DNA of 64,000 bases from contig CM059432.1 of NCBI GenBank assembly GCA_030390025.1, forward strand, positions 96,102,001 through 96,166,000, written 5' to 3'. The stretch comes from Squalus acanthias. Taxonomy: Eukaryota. This document shows positions 13,381 to 26,084 of this stretch, one piece after another; the first letter of the stretch is position 1; each line of letters opens with the position of its first letter. A model generated the notes under the pieces. That model saw only the letters and a program-made list of their open reading frames with translations. It searched no databases and was not told the DNA's origin. Both the position numbers and the translations under genes were made by a program.

Positions 13381-14979
13381 ATAGTGACCTTCCCTTCAGT
13401 TCTTTCCTCCCCTCACCCCTTTCCCTGCCCCTGCACTTGCTTAAAATCTGTTACATCTCTAACTTTTTCCAGTTCTAACGAAAGGTCATCGACCTGAAAA
13501 GTTAACTCTGTTTCTCTCTCCACAGATGCTGCCTGACCTGCTGAGTATTTCCAGCATTTTCTGTTTTTATTTCAGATTTCCAGCATCCGCAGTATTTTGC
13601 TTTTGCTTTAGGACTGTAGAGAGGGTGCAGAGAATATTTACCAGAATAGTACCAGGGATGAGGGACTTCAGTTATGTGGAGAGACTAGAGAAGCTGTGAT
13701 TGTTCTTAGTGCAGAGAATGTTAAATGGAGATTTAATAGAGATGTTCAAAATTATGAGGGGTTTTGATAGAGTAGATAGGGAGAAACTGTTTCCTTTGGC
13801 AGGCAGGTCAGTAACTGGTGATATAGATTTAAGATAATTGGCAAAAAATCCAGGGGGGAGATGAAGAGAATATTTTTTACGCAATGAGTTCTTATGATCC
13901 GGAATGCACTGCCTGAAAGGGTGGTGGAAGCGGATTCAGTAGTAACTATCAAAAGGGAATTGGATATATACCTAAAAAGGAAAAAAATTGCAGGGCTATG
14001 GGGAAAGGGCAGGGGAGTGGGACTAATGGATAGCTCTTTCAAAGAGCCGGCACAGGGGCGATGGGCCAAATAGCCTCCTTCTGTGTGGTATGATTCTATG
14101 TTGTGTGAAAAGGGCCAGAGTTAGTTAAAAAAAAAGGTAAACTTTAAAATGGTTTTACAGTAAAAATATTTTTAAAGGGAGTTTAAAAAAAAAAAATCCT
14201 AAATATTGACAGTGGACAGGAAAGTAAGACATTTGGTCTAATAACTCCGATGTAGTTCTGGTCATTCTGTAGAGTAATTATATACATTTGAATGCGGACC
14301 GGGGCAGAGAATTTGAAACGTAGGAAAAAACAGACAAAATATAAGTGGTTTTTGCCTGTAACCATACTGCAACTTCCAGTCTGAGTTGGCACATCCTTCG
14401 ACAAACCTGAGTCTCACTGATATGCAGTAACAGTGGTACTCTGTGCTTTGATGCATGTGCAGAGTTGCACTCCTATGGTTGTTAATTTTTAATATTGGAA
14501 GAGATTGTGCAGGGGTATTCTTTTTCACTAAATTTATCAATACAATGAATTAGACCCCTTTGTTTATCAAAATGCCCTTATTAAGGAAAGCAGTACCATC
14601 TGTAAACAATTTTCTATTGACAGCATAAAGTCTCCACCAAAATATACAAAACTTTCCTTTATTGGCTGAGGCATAGAATCTAAGAGCGGGGATTTTATGC
14701 TAGAACTGTATAAAACACTAGTTAGGCCACTGCTAGAGTACTGTGTACAGTTCTGGTCACCCCATTACAAGAAGGGATGTGATTGCTCTAGAGAGGGTAC
14801 AGAGGAGATTTACGAGGATGTTGCCAGGACTGGAGAATTTTAGCTATGAGGAAAGATTGGATAGGCTGAGATTGTTTTCTTTGGAAACATAGAAACATAG
14901 AAGATAGGAGCAGGAGCAGGCCATTCAGCCCCTCGAGCCTGCTCCGCCATTCAATGAGATCATGGCTGATCATCCAAAT

Positions 14980-17838
14980 TCAGTACCCTGTCCCTGCCTT
15001 CTCTCCATATCCCTTGATCCCTTTAGCTTTAAGAAATGTATCCAACTCCTTCTTGAATATATTTAATGAATTGGCCTCTACTGCCTTCTGTGGTAGAGAA
15101 TTCCACAGGTTCACCACTCTCTGGGTGAAGAAATTCCTCCTCATCTCAGTCCTAAATGGCTTACCCCTTATCCTTAGACTGTGACCCCTGGTTCTGGACT
15201 CCCCCGCCATCGGGAACATCCTTCCTGCATCTAGTCTGTCTCGTCCTGTTAGAATTTTATAAGTTTCAATGAGATCCCCACTCTTTCTTCTAAACTCCAG
15301 CGAGTATAAGCCCAATCGACCCAATCTCTCTTCGTACGTCATTCCTGCCATCCCAGGTATCAGCCTGGTGAATTTTCGCTGCACTCCCTCCATGGCAAGA
15401 ACATCCTTCCTCAGATAAGGCGACCAAAACTGCACACAATACTCAAGATGTGGTCTCACCAAGGCCCTGTACAACTGCAGCAAGACATCCTTGTTCCTGT
15501 ACTCGAACCCATTCACTACGAAGGCCAACATACCATTTGCCTTCTTAACCGCCTGCTGCACCTGCATGCTTACCTTCAGCGACTGGTGCACAAGGACACC
15601 CAGGTCTCGTTGCACTTCCCCTTCTTCCAATCTATTGCCATTCAGATAATAATCTGCCTTCCTGTTTTTGACACCAAAGTGGATAACCTCGCATTTATCC
15701 ACATTATATTGCATCTACCATGCTTCTGCCCAATCACCCAACCTGTCCAAATCATCCTGGAGTTTCTCGGCATTCTCCTCACGGCACACACTCCCACCCA
15801 GCTTTGTGTCGTCTGCAAACTTGGAGATATTACATCCAATTCCCTCGTCTAGATCATTAATATATATTGTGAATAGCTGGGGTCCTAGGACCGATCCCTG
15901 CGGTACCCCACTCGTCACTGCCTGCCACTCGGAAAAAGACCCATTTATTTCAACTCTTTGCTTTCTGTCTGCCAACCAGTTCTCTATCCAAGTCAATACC
16001 TTGCCCCCAATCCCATGTGCCTTAACTTTACACGCTAATCTCTTATGCGGGACCTTATCGAAAGCCTTCTGAAAGTCCAAATACACTACATCCACTGGTT
16101 CTCCCTTATCTATTTTACCAGTTACATCCTCAAAAAATTCCAGTAGATTAGTCAAGCACGATTTACCTTTTGTAAATCCATGTTGACTTTGTCTGATCCT
16201 GTCACTGTTTTCCAAGTGCTCTGCTATTACATCTTTTATAATGGACTCTAGCATTTTCCCCACTACCGATGTCAGGCTTACCGGTCTATAATTCCCCATT
16301 TTCTCTCTACCACCTTTTTTGAATAGTGGGGTAACATTAGCTACCCTCCAATCCATGGGTACTGTTCCAGAGTCTATAGAATTTTGGAAGATGAGCAGCA
16401 ATGCATCTACTATTTCTAGGGCCTCTTCCTTAAGTACCCTAGGATGTAGATTATCAGGCCCTGGGGATTTATCGGCCTTCAATCCCATCAATTTCCCTAA
16501 CATTATTTCCCTACAAATACTGATTTCTTTCAGTTCCTCCCTCTCATTAGACCCTATGTTCCCCGACATCTCTGGGAGGTTATTTGTGTCCTCCTTTGTG
16601 AAGACAGAACCAAAGTATGTATTTAATTGGTCAGCCATTTCTTTGTTCCCCATTATAAATTCCCCTGATTCTGAATGCAAGGGACCTACGCTTGACTTCA
16701 CCAATCTTTTTCTCTTCACATATCTATAAAAGCTTTTACAGTCAGTTTTTATGTTCCTTGCAAGCTTACTCTCATACTCTATTTCCCCCCTCTTAATTAA
16801 TCCCTTTGTCCTTCTTTGCTGAATCCTATACTGCTCCCAATCCTCAGGTTTTCTGCTTTTTCTGGCCAATTTATATGTCCACTCCCTGGATCTTATGCTA
16901 TCCCTAATTTTCTTTGTTAGCCACGGTTGAGTCACCTTTGTTTTATTTTTATGCCAAACTGGGATGAACAAATTCTGTAGTTCATTCACGCGATCTTTGA
17001 ATGTTTGCCATTGCCTATCCACCGTCAACCCTTTGAGTGACATTCCCCAATCAATCCTACACAACTCGCGCCTCATACCATCATAGTTTCCTTTATTTAA
17101 ATTCAGGACCCTAGTCTCTGAGTCAACTACTTCACTCTCCATCTTAATGAAGAATTCTATCATATTATGATCGCTCCTCCCCAAGGGGCCTCGCACAACA
17201 AGATTGCTAATTAATCCTTTCTCATTACATAATACCCAGTCTAAGATGGCCTGATCTCTAGTTGGTTCCTCGACATATTGGTCCAGGAAACCATCCCGTA
17301 TATACTCCAGGAATTCCTCCTCCACAGTATTGTTACTAATTTGGTTAGCCCAATCTATATGTAGATTAAAGTCGCCCATGATAACTGCTGTGCTCTTAGT
17401 GCACGCTTCAGTAATTTCCCTTTTAATGCCTTCCCCAACCTCTGTATTACTGTTTGGGGGTCTATACACCACTCCCACTAGCGTTTTCTGCCCCTTGGTA
17501 TTTCTCAGTTCTACCCATACAGATTCCACATCATCAGAGCTAATATCCTTCCTTACAATTGTGTTAATCCCCTCTTTAGCCAGCAATGCTACCCCACCTC
17601 CTTTTCCTTTTTGCCTATCTTTCCTGAATATTGAATACCCCTGTATGTTGAGTTCCCAGCCTTGGTCACCCTGGAGCCATGTTTCCGTAATCTCAATCAT
17701 ATCATATTTGTTTACCTCTATTTGCTCAGCTAATTCATCCACCTTATTACGAATGCTCCTCGCATTAAGACACAAAGCCTTCAGGCTTGTTTTTTTAATG
17801 CTCTTAGACCTTTTAGAATTATTATTTACTGTGGCCAC
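14980..17838 (-). pseudogene. CR1 ORF2 (APE endonuclease + reverse transcriptase) with a single in-frame stop
   Basis: The 707-aa and 244-aa ORFs are in frame, separated by TAG at 15715-15717; motifs LNARS, ETW, YRPP, GDFN, SDH, QGSVLGP, FADD. Confidence 0.95.
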
Positions 17839-17961
17839 GTTTGATTTAAACCCTTGATTTCTCTGACTGACACCTTTGTTTTTTTTTCTTCCTGGCTTTT
17901 GCTTCTATCCTTGTTTCCCTTTCCTCTGTCTCCCTGCTCAGGTTCCCAACCCCCTGCCATT

Positions 17962-18907
17962 TTAGTTTAAACCCTCCCCCAGAGCACTAGCAAACACTCC
18001 CCCTAGGACATCGGTCCCGGCCCTGCCCAGGTGCAAACCGTCCAGTTTGTACTGGTCCCACCTCCCCCAGAACCGGTTCCAATGTCCCAGGAATTTGAAT
18101 CCCTCCCCCTTGCACCATTCCTCTAGCCACGTATTCATCTGAAATATCCTTCTATTTCTACTCTGACTAGCACGTGGCACCGGTAGCAATCCTGAGATTA
18201 CTATCTTTGAGGTACTATTTTCTAATTTACCTCCTAACTCCCTATATTCAGCTTTTAGGACCTCATCCCATTTTTTACCTATATCGTTGATGCCTATATG
18301 CACCATGACAACTGGCTGTTCACCCTCCCCTTCCAAAATGTTCTGCAGCCGCTCTGAGACATCCTTGACCCTTGCACCAGGGAGACAACACACCATCCTG
18401 GAGTCTCGTTTGCGGCCGCAGAAACGCCTATCTATTGCCCTTACAATAGAATCCCCTATCACTGTAGCTCTACCCCTCTTTTTCCTCCCGTCCTGTGCAG
18501 CAGAACCACCCATGGTGCCAGGAAGTTGGCTGCTGCTGCCTTCCCCTGATAAGCCATCCCCCTCAATCCAAAGCGGTATATCTGTTTGAGAGGGGGATGT
18601 CCACAGTGGACTCCTGCACTACCTGCCTGCGCCTACTACTCTGCCTGGTGGTCACCCATTCCCTTTCTGCCTGTGCAACCTTTACCTGCGGTGTGACCAA
18701 CTGGTTAAACGTGCTATCCACGAGGTCCTCAGCATCGCGAATGCTCCAGTATGTATCCATTCGCAGCTCCAGCGCCACAATGCGGTCTGCCAGTAGCTGC
18801 AGCTGGATACACTTCCCGCACACATGGTCGTCAGGGACACAGGAAGTGTCCCCGATTTCCCACATAGCGCAGGAGGAGCATACCACGGTGCCGAGCTGTG
18901 TTGCCAT
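17962..18907 (-). pseudogene. CR1 ORF1 (Zn finger/leucine zipper + SGNH esterase), one frameshift
   Basis: CSSC...CGKC with coiled coil; GDSIV, PGA, GIND, DGLH esterase blocks; frame break near 18560. Confidence 0.9.
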
Positions 18908-19334
18908 GACTTACCCTTTAATTAATTGAACTTAAATTAAATCAAATCAATCCCACCAACATAGGAGGCTGAGGGGAGATTTAATTAAGTTTATAAAATT
19001 ATAAGAGGCCTAGATAGAGTGGATAATAAGGACATATTTCCCTTAGCAGAGAGGTCAATAACCAGGGGGCATAGATTTAAAGTAATTGGTAGAAGGATTA
19101 GAGGGCAGTTGAGGGGAACTTTTTTTCACCCAGAGGGCGGTGGGGGTCTGGATCTCACTACCTGAAAGGATGGTAGAGGCAGAAACCCTCATCACATTTA
19201 AAAAGTACTTGGATATGCACTTGAAGTGCCGTAACCTACAAAGCTACGGATCAAGAGCTGGAAAGTGGGATTAGGCTGGATAGCTCATTTTCCGCCGGCA
19301 CAGACACAATGGCCCGAATGGCCTCCTTCTGTGG

Positions 19335-22300
19335 CGATGCATCAGGGAGGGGGTGAGTTACCTGGACACTTTGATCCAGGAGGCAGTCACACCCCTTAGG
19401 ATAAATACTTCAAATTTGGTCCATGGTCAGGGACAGGAGGGTGTGACTGTGAGTGAGGCAGGTATGGGGATCCAGAAGGTAGTATTGGAGGAGCCTCAGC
19501 CCTTGCACTTGTCCAACAGGTACGAGGTTCTTGCAGCCTGTGTGGACGAGAGCAGGGACTGCAGGGAGGATGAGCAAACTGATCACAGCACCTTGGTTCA
19601 GGTGGCCATTCAAGTTGGGGGAGTAAAAAGAAATGTAGTAGTGGTAGGGGATAGATACTGTTCTCTGCAACCAAGAGCATGAGTCCCGAAGTCTGTGTTG
19701 CCTGCCTGGTGCCAGGGTTAAGGAAATCTTCTCGGGGCTGGAGAGGAACTTGGAGTGGGAGGGGAAAGATCCAGTTGTCGTAGTCCATGTAGGTACCAGC
19801 GACATAGGTAGGACTAAAAAAGAGGTTCTGCTGAGGGAGTAGGAGCAACTAGGGGCCAAATTAAAAAGCAGAACCACAAAGGTAATAATCTCTGGATTAC
19901 TACCTGAGTCACGAGCAAATTGGCATAGGGTCAATAAGATCAGAGAGATGAATGCATGGCTCAAAGATTGGTGTGGGAGAAATGGGTTTCGATTCATGGG
20001 GCACTGGCATCAGTACTGGGGAAAGAGGGAGCTGTTACGTGGGAACGGGCTTCACTTGAACCATGCTGGGACCAGTGTCCTGGCGAATCGAATAACTAGA
20101 GCGGTAGATAGGGCTTTAAACTAAATAGTGGGGGGGAGGATTCAGGTGAAGGGGAATTTAGAAAGTCAAAGAGAAAGGAGAAGGCAATAGTGCAGGGTAG
20201 CGATAGGGGTAATGAGAACCAGAGTGTGACAGGAAGAGAAAAAGCGTACAAACATAAGAGTGCACCAGCAAATAGAGTCAGAGCAGGGAAAAATGGTAAA
20301 AGACAAAATGTGAGGTTCTTTATCTGAATGCACGCAGCATTCGTAACAAGATAGATGAGTTGACGGCACAAATAGAAATAAATCGGTATGATCTGATAGC
20401 CATTACAGAGACGTGGTTGCAAGGTGACCAATGCTGGGAACTGAATATTCAGGGGTATTTGACATTTTGGAAGGATCGGCAGAAAGGAAAAGTGGGGTAG
20501 CTCTGTTAATAAAGGATGAGATCAGTGCAGTAGTGAGAAATGATATTGGCTCAGAAGATCAAGATGTAGAATCAGTTTGGGTGGAGATAAGAAATAGTAA
20601 GGGAAAGAAGTCACTGGTGGGAGTAGTCCATAGGCCCCCTAACAGTAGCTACACTGTAGGACAGAGTTTAGATCAAGAAATAATGGGGGCTTGTATGAAA
20701 GGTACTGCAATAATCATGGGTGATTTTAATCTTCATACAGATTGGACAAATCAAATTGGCAAGGGTAGCCTGGAGGACGAGTTCATAGAGTATATTCGGG
20801 ATGGTTTCCTAGAACAATACGTTGTGGAACCAACCAGGGAGCAGGCTATTTTAGATCTGGTAATGTGTAATGAGACAGGATTAATTAATGATCTCATAGT
20901 AAAGGGTCCTCTAGGGAAGAGTGATCATAGCATGATAGAATTTCAAATTCAGTTTGAGGGTGAGAAACTTGGGTCTGAAACTAGTGTCCTAAACTTAAAT
21001 AAAGGCAATTACAAAGGTATGAAGACAGTGTTGGCTAAAGTGGACTGGGAAAATAGATTAAAGGGTAAGACGGTAGATAAGCAGTGGCAGACATTTAAGG
21101 AGATATTTCATAACTCTCAGCAAAGGTGAGAAAGAAAGACTCTACGAGAAGGACGAACCATCCGTGGCTAACTAAGGAAGTTAAGGATGGTATCAAATTG
21201 AAAGAAAAGGCATACAATGTTGTGAAGATTAGTGGTAGGCCAGAGGATTGGGAAATTTTTAGAAACCAGCAAAGGATTACTAAAAAAATAATAAACAGGG
21301 AGAAGATAGATTATGAGAGTAAACTAGCAAAAAATATAAAAACAGACAGTAAGTGCTTCTACAGGTATATAAAAAGGAAGCGAGTAGCTAAAGTAAATGT
21401 TGGTCCCTTAGAGGATGAGACTGGGGAATTAATAATGGGAAACAGGGAAATGGCAGAGACTTTGAACAAATATTTTGTATCGGTCTTCACGGTAGAAGAC
21501 ACTGAAAGTATCCCAATAATAATTGATAATCAAGGTGCTATAGGGAGGGAGGAATTTAAAACAATCACTATCACTAGAGAAAAAGTACTAGGGAAACTAA
21601 TAGGACTAAAGGCTGACAAGTCTCCTGGATCTGATGGCCTGTATCCTAGGGTCTTAAAAGAAGTGGCTGGAGAGATAGTGGCTGCGTTGGTTGTAATCTA
21701 CCAAAATTCCCTGGATTCTGGAGAGGTCCCAGCACATTGGAAAACCACAAATGTAACGCCCCTATTCAAGAAAGGAGGGAGACAGAAAGCAGGAAACTTT
21801 GAGCAGTTAGCCTAACATCTGTCATTGGGAAAATGCTGGAATCCATTATTAAGGAAGTAATAGCAGGACGTTTAGAAAATCATAATACAATCAAGCAGAG
21901 TCAACATGGTTTTATGAAAGGGAAATCGTGTTTGACAAATTTACTAGAGTTCTTTGAAGATGTAACGAGCAGGGTGGATAAAGGGGAACCAGTTGATGTA
22001 GTGTATTTGGATTCGATAAGGTGCCACAAAAAAGGTTACTGCACAAGATAAGAGCTCACGAGGTTGGGGGTAATATATTAGCATGGATAGAGGAATGACT
22101 ATTTAACTGAAAACAGAGAACCGGGATAAATGGGTCATTTTCAGGTTGGCAAACTGTAACTAGTGGGGTGCCACAGGGATCAGTGCTGGGGCCTCAATTA
22201 TTTACAATCTATATTAATGACTTGGATGAAGGGACCGAGTGTACCGTAGCCAAATTTGCTGATGATACAAAGATAGGTGGGAAGGCAAGTTGTGAGGAGG

Positions 22301-23890
22301 ACACAAAGGGCTCGATTTTGCCAGGCCCGAGGAGGCGGGAATGGAGGCATGTGGGGTGTTAAAATTGCAAAAAATGGCGGGCGGACCCGACCCCGCCTCC
22401 AAGCAATTTTCCCAAATGCGTGGTTTCTGAACCCCTCTCCGTCCCGCCTCCAAGAGGCAGGATAGGCCCTTAACAACCACTTAATTGCCTCTATAATCCC
22501 ATTTTGAGAGGCCTTTCTGATTTTAACACTTTTCCGACGTGATGCACGCCTCCTCTGAAACACGACGGTGAAACCTGGCGGTAGCACACTTGGATTGCTG
22601 ACTATCAGCTGCAGGTCCACCATTAAGAAGGAGATTTGATCAATCATCATTCTGGGGGAACTTTTAGCAGTCATAACCATTGTTGTGGAACTTTGGAGTG
22701 GTGGTGGTGCTACAAAAAAAATCTGGGAGCAGACTTAGGTCTCCTGCTGCTCATTTTGCCTCCAGGTCCCTCTCACAGCAAAGACCAAAAGCTTCCCAAT
22801 CTTTGCAGACCTTAAATGCAGCAGCAATGATGACATCATCAGAGGCGACTTTCAGACTGAAAACACTAATTGGGTCATGGGTTCCCACATGCTGGAACTC
22901 AATTGCCCAATTAGGGGAAAATCGAATAATTCTCCCACATCCAATTGGAGTTGGGTGGCTAACACGAAAAGCGGATGACACGACCCTAGCCCACCCCAAT
23001 GACAAAATCAAGCCCCAAGAGTCTGCAAAGGGATATAGATAGGTTAAGTGTGTGGGTAAAAAATTGGCAGATGGAGTATAATGTGAGAAAATGTGAGGTT
23101 ATCCACTTTGGTAGGAAGAATAAAAAAGCAAATTATTATTTAAATGGAGAGAGACTACAAAATGCTGCAGTATAGAGGGATTTGGGGGTCCACGTACATG
23201 AAACACAAAAAGTTGACATGCAGGTACAGCAAGTAATTAGGAAGACAAATGGAATGTTGGCCTTTATTGCAAGGGGGATGGAGTATAAAAGTAGGGAAGT
23301 CTTGCTACAACAGTACCGGGCGCTGGTGAGACCACATCTGGAGTACTGCGTACAGTTTTGGTCTCCTTATTTAAGGAGGGATATATTTGCATTGGAGGCA
23401 GTTCAGAGAAGGTTCACTAGGTTGATTCCTGAGATGAAGGGGTTGTCTTATGAGGAAAGGTTGAACAGGTTGGGCCTATACTCATTGGAGTTTAGAAGAA
23501 TGAGAGGGGATCTTATTGAAACATATAAGATTCTGAGGGGGCTTGACAGGGTAGATACTGAGAGGATGTTTCCCCTCGTGGGGGAATCTAGAACTAGGGG
23601 GCATAGTTTCAGAATAAGGGGTCGCCCATTTAAAATGGAGATGAGGAGGAATTTCTTCTCTCAGAGGGTCGTGAATCTTTGGAATTCTCTACCACAGAGA
23701 GCTGTGGAGGCTGAGTCATTGAATATATTCAAGGCCGAGATAGACAGATTTTTGAGCTGCAGGGTTATGGGGAGCAGGCGGGAGAGTAGAGTTGAGGCCA
23801 AGATCAGATCAGCCATGATCTCATTGAATGGTGGAGCAGGCCCGAGGGGCCAAATGGCCTACTCCTGCTCCTATATCTTATGTTCTTATG
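19335..23890 (+). mobile_element. 5'-truncated CR1 LINE (ORF1 remnant + frameshifted ORF2), interrupted by a MITE
   Basis: ORF fragments with HRPPNS, GDFN, SDH, QHGF, QGSVLGP, FADD, LEYCVQFWSP; 3' UTR to ~23890. Confidence 0.92.
22308..23015. mobile_element. Harbinger MITE
   Basis: TIRs gggctcgatttt / aaaatcaagccc; flanks AAA/CAA inside CR1 RT; near-identical to 37087-37899 and 48892-49613. Confidence 0.88.
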
Positions 23891-25510
23891 TGCCGCAAAC
23901 TTCTATGATTCTATGATTTTAAGATCACCAGTAAAATAATACAAATACACAAAATGGCAAAGGCCTATACAACTCTGCTCTACTTGTTCTTCAAAATAGC
24001 AATCCAGACTCTTCGAAATACACAGAACTCCATCACAATTAATGTCATGCAGTAGTCTTCATGAAAGTGTGGAGTACAGTTGTAATAGAAACAGTAAATA
24101 AACAGCTATGCTATGTTCCTACATTTGCTATTATACTGTATTATTAGAACATATGTTGGGCGGGGGGACAGCAGTAACAGAAAATAAAGAGCTTGGGTCA
24201 TAGAATATACCTGCTACATTAATTATGCAATCAATGATATTAGCTGGCATATTATCCATTAAACCTGATATATATTTGCAATTATTATGTAAAGGTTTCA
24301 AGTACTAGGGCATGACCAGTATTTTCATTGTTAGCAATGACTGTGATGATGAACTGATCCCTTTGTTCATTTTGTATCCAGGTAATTCTAGATTATTTGT
24401 TGCTTGAGTCATGGCCATCAGAAGTGAGCTCCTTTTCAGATTGTTTCAGGAACACAACTCAAGTGAACATTATAGATCAAATGTACTGTGCAACATAATC
24501 AGAGCTTTGATCAGTTCTTGTCTCGTGTATTAAGCTACATTTTGTTTGTTTTTGAAAAAAGTTGTAGAGGTATCAGACTGTACAATGAATTGCAAGAATT
24601 GATTAATAAGTAGGAAAGATTAAAATGTCACGAATTCAACGGACACAAGTATAATGCAGTTTCTAATAGAAAGTTTTGAAAGATGGTTTTACCATTTTTT
24701 TAAAAAAATTGTAAAATACAAAAATGTTTTCAAATGATAAAATAAACTTCCTTACTATACCAACAAGACTTCATTTCAGCTATTCTCATACAGTAAATAA
24801 GAATGCCAAATTGAGGTATTTTATAATTTTCTGTTCTTATTTGTAAGACTGCTGGGAGTATAGGCTGTAATCCTTAATACCAGTTAGTTGAACAAAATCA
24901 CCTAATTTCACTGAGTTGAATTCAAGCTCACAGAAAGAGATGATGGTCAGTACTAAAAGATTAGTGTCACAACCAGCTGTGCACTATCTGTGTCAACATT
25001 TTACTGTGTTAATTGTGCATCTAACACAGCAAGGATTGGAAAACATGTAATTATATAAGGCTGTCACTTTGTCACCATGAGAATCTAGGCAGAAAACTTA
25101 CTACTGCTTTACATTTTTAACAGCAGAGATTATTGAATTAAAATATTATTGTCAGTATAATGTTTTCATTAGAGTAAGTGCTCTTCCTATACTGCATCAA
25201 TAATTCTCACAATAATCACTGAAGTATGTGTGTACATCCACCACAAATCAAAAATATAATCCAAGCATTTCAGTTACGATAGAGAATCCTTTAATTAAAG
25301 CAATACAAGACATTTTGTAATCTCATGGTTGTTGAACTATTCTTCTTCAGCTGTATTTCTTTTCGTAACAGTCAAATGTTGTCAATAATGAATGACAGCA
25401 CATGTGTATACGACACCTTATAGATCTTTTCACGCTCAACCAGTTTCCCTCTTCCCCAACCTTTTAATCTGTTTCCCTCAAAGAGGCTTTGTTTGCTTTT
25501 AAAATTCAAC

Positions 25511-26084
25511 GGGGATGATTTTAACCCTACTCACCCAGCGGAAATCGACCAGGTGACTTACCTGCCGATGTCCCACCTGGATCCCACTGTCTTCGAATTT
25601 AACCTGCTCTTCTGAGCAGGCAGCAAAGGCACCCACCTGAAGCCGGCAGGGTCCTTCTTTAATTAGGACGTTATCGGGCCTTGACCGCTATTTTAACTCT
25701 GACCTGAGCGAGGAAACCACTGCAGCTTTGCCACCAGGTGAACTATAGTCAGAAGAGGATCGGAAACAGAGAGGCCCTTCAAGGTAATTTTTTTACTTTT
25801 CTTTGTGGGGCCAAGAGGAGCAGGAATACTCCTCCAGGCCCCACAAGGGAAGTTTAGACCTTCCTTGCCCCAGACGCCCCACCCCACCTAACTCAAGATG
25901 CCCCCCACCCCCCAGAAACCCGGTCCCCATGCTTACTTGAGTGCTGGCAGACGATCAAAGGCCAATCAAATTTCAATAAGCAGGCAGCTATTCCAGGCAG
26001 GAAGTTGGCCAGCGGGACGTTAATGAGGCCCAGTGGTTATAATAGCTGTGACCTCATTCTGTCGCTGACAGTTAAAATTCTCTC
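25511..26084. mobile_element. Older non-autonomous Harbinger-like element
   Basis: Imperfect TIRs ggggatgattttaac / gttaaaattctctc; AAC on both flanks. Confidence 0.55.

Larger units (their letters stand above)
11893..13605. mobile_element. Penelope-like terminal-repeat fold-back insertion containing a MITE
   Basis: 11893-~12080 is the reverse complement of ~13386-13574; hammerhead-like motif in both arms. Confidence 0.75.
9040..14100 (+). mobile_element. Degenerate CR1 LINE (ORF1 esterase, APE, RT, 3' UTR), interrupted at 11893-13605
   Basis: [46 protein letters not shown]; many stops and frameshifts; resumes at 13606. Confidence 0.9.
14886..18957 (-). mobile_element. Near full-length young CR1 LINE
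   Basis: ORF1, ORF2 and (CTATGTTT)n tail; 'aacatag' at both junctions. Confidence 0.95.
14660..23917 (+). mobile_element. Host CR1 3' fragment split into three pieces (14660-14885, 18958-19334, 23889-23917) by two nested CR1s
   Basis: The pieces rejoin colinearly as ...LEYCVQFWSP...GLFSLE|RRLRGDLI...3' UTR|tail. Confidence 0.8.

Noticed and set aside
15448..18929. Plus-strand ORFs of 100-175 aa
   Set aside because: Antisense shadows of the CR1 ORFs
22198..22680. Recurrent ORF 'MVMTAKSSPRM...LQLIVSNPSVLPPGF' (also at 37046 and 49224)
   Set aside because: Recurrence reflects MITE copy identity; termini frameshift between copies and I recognise no domain
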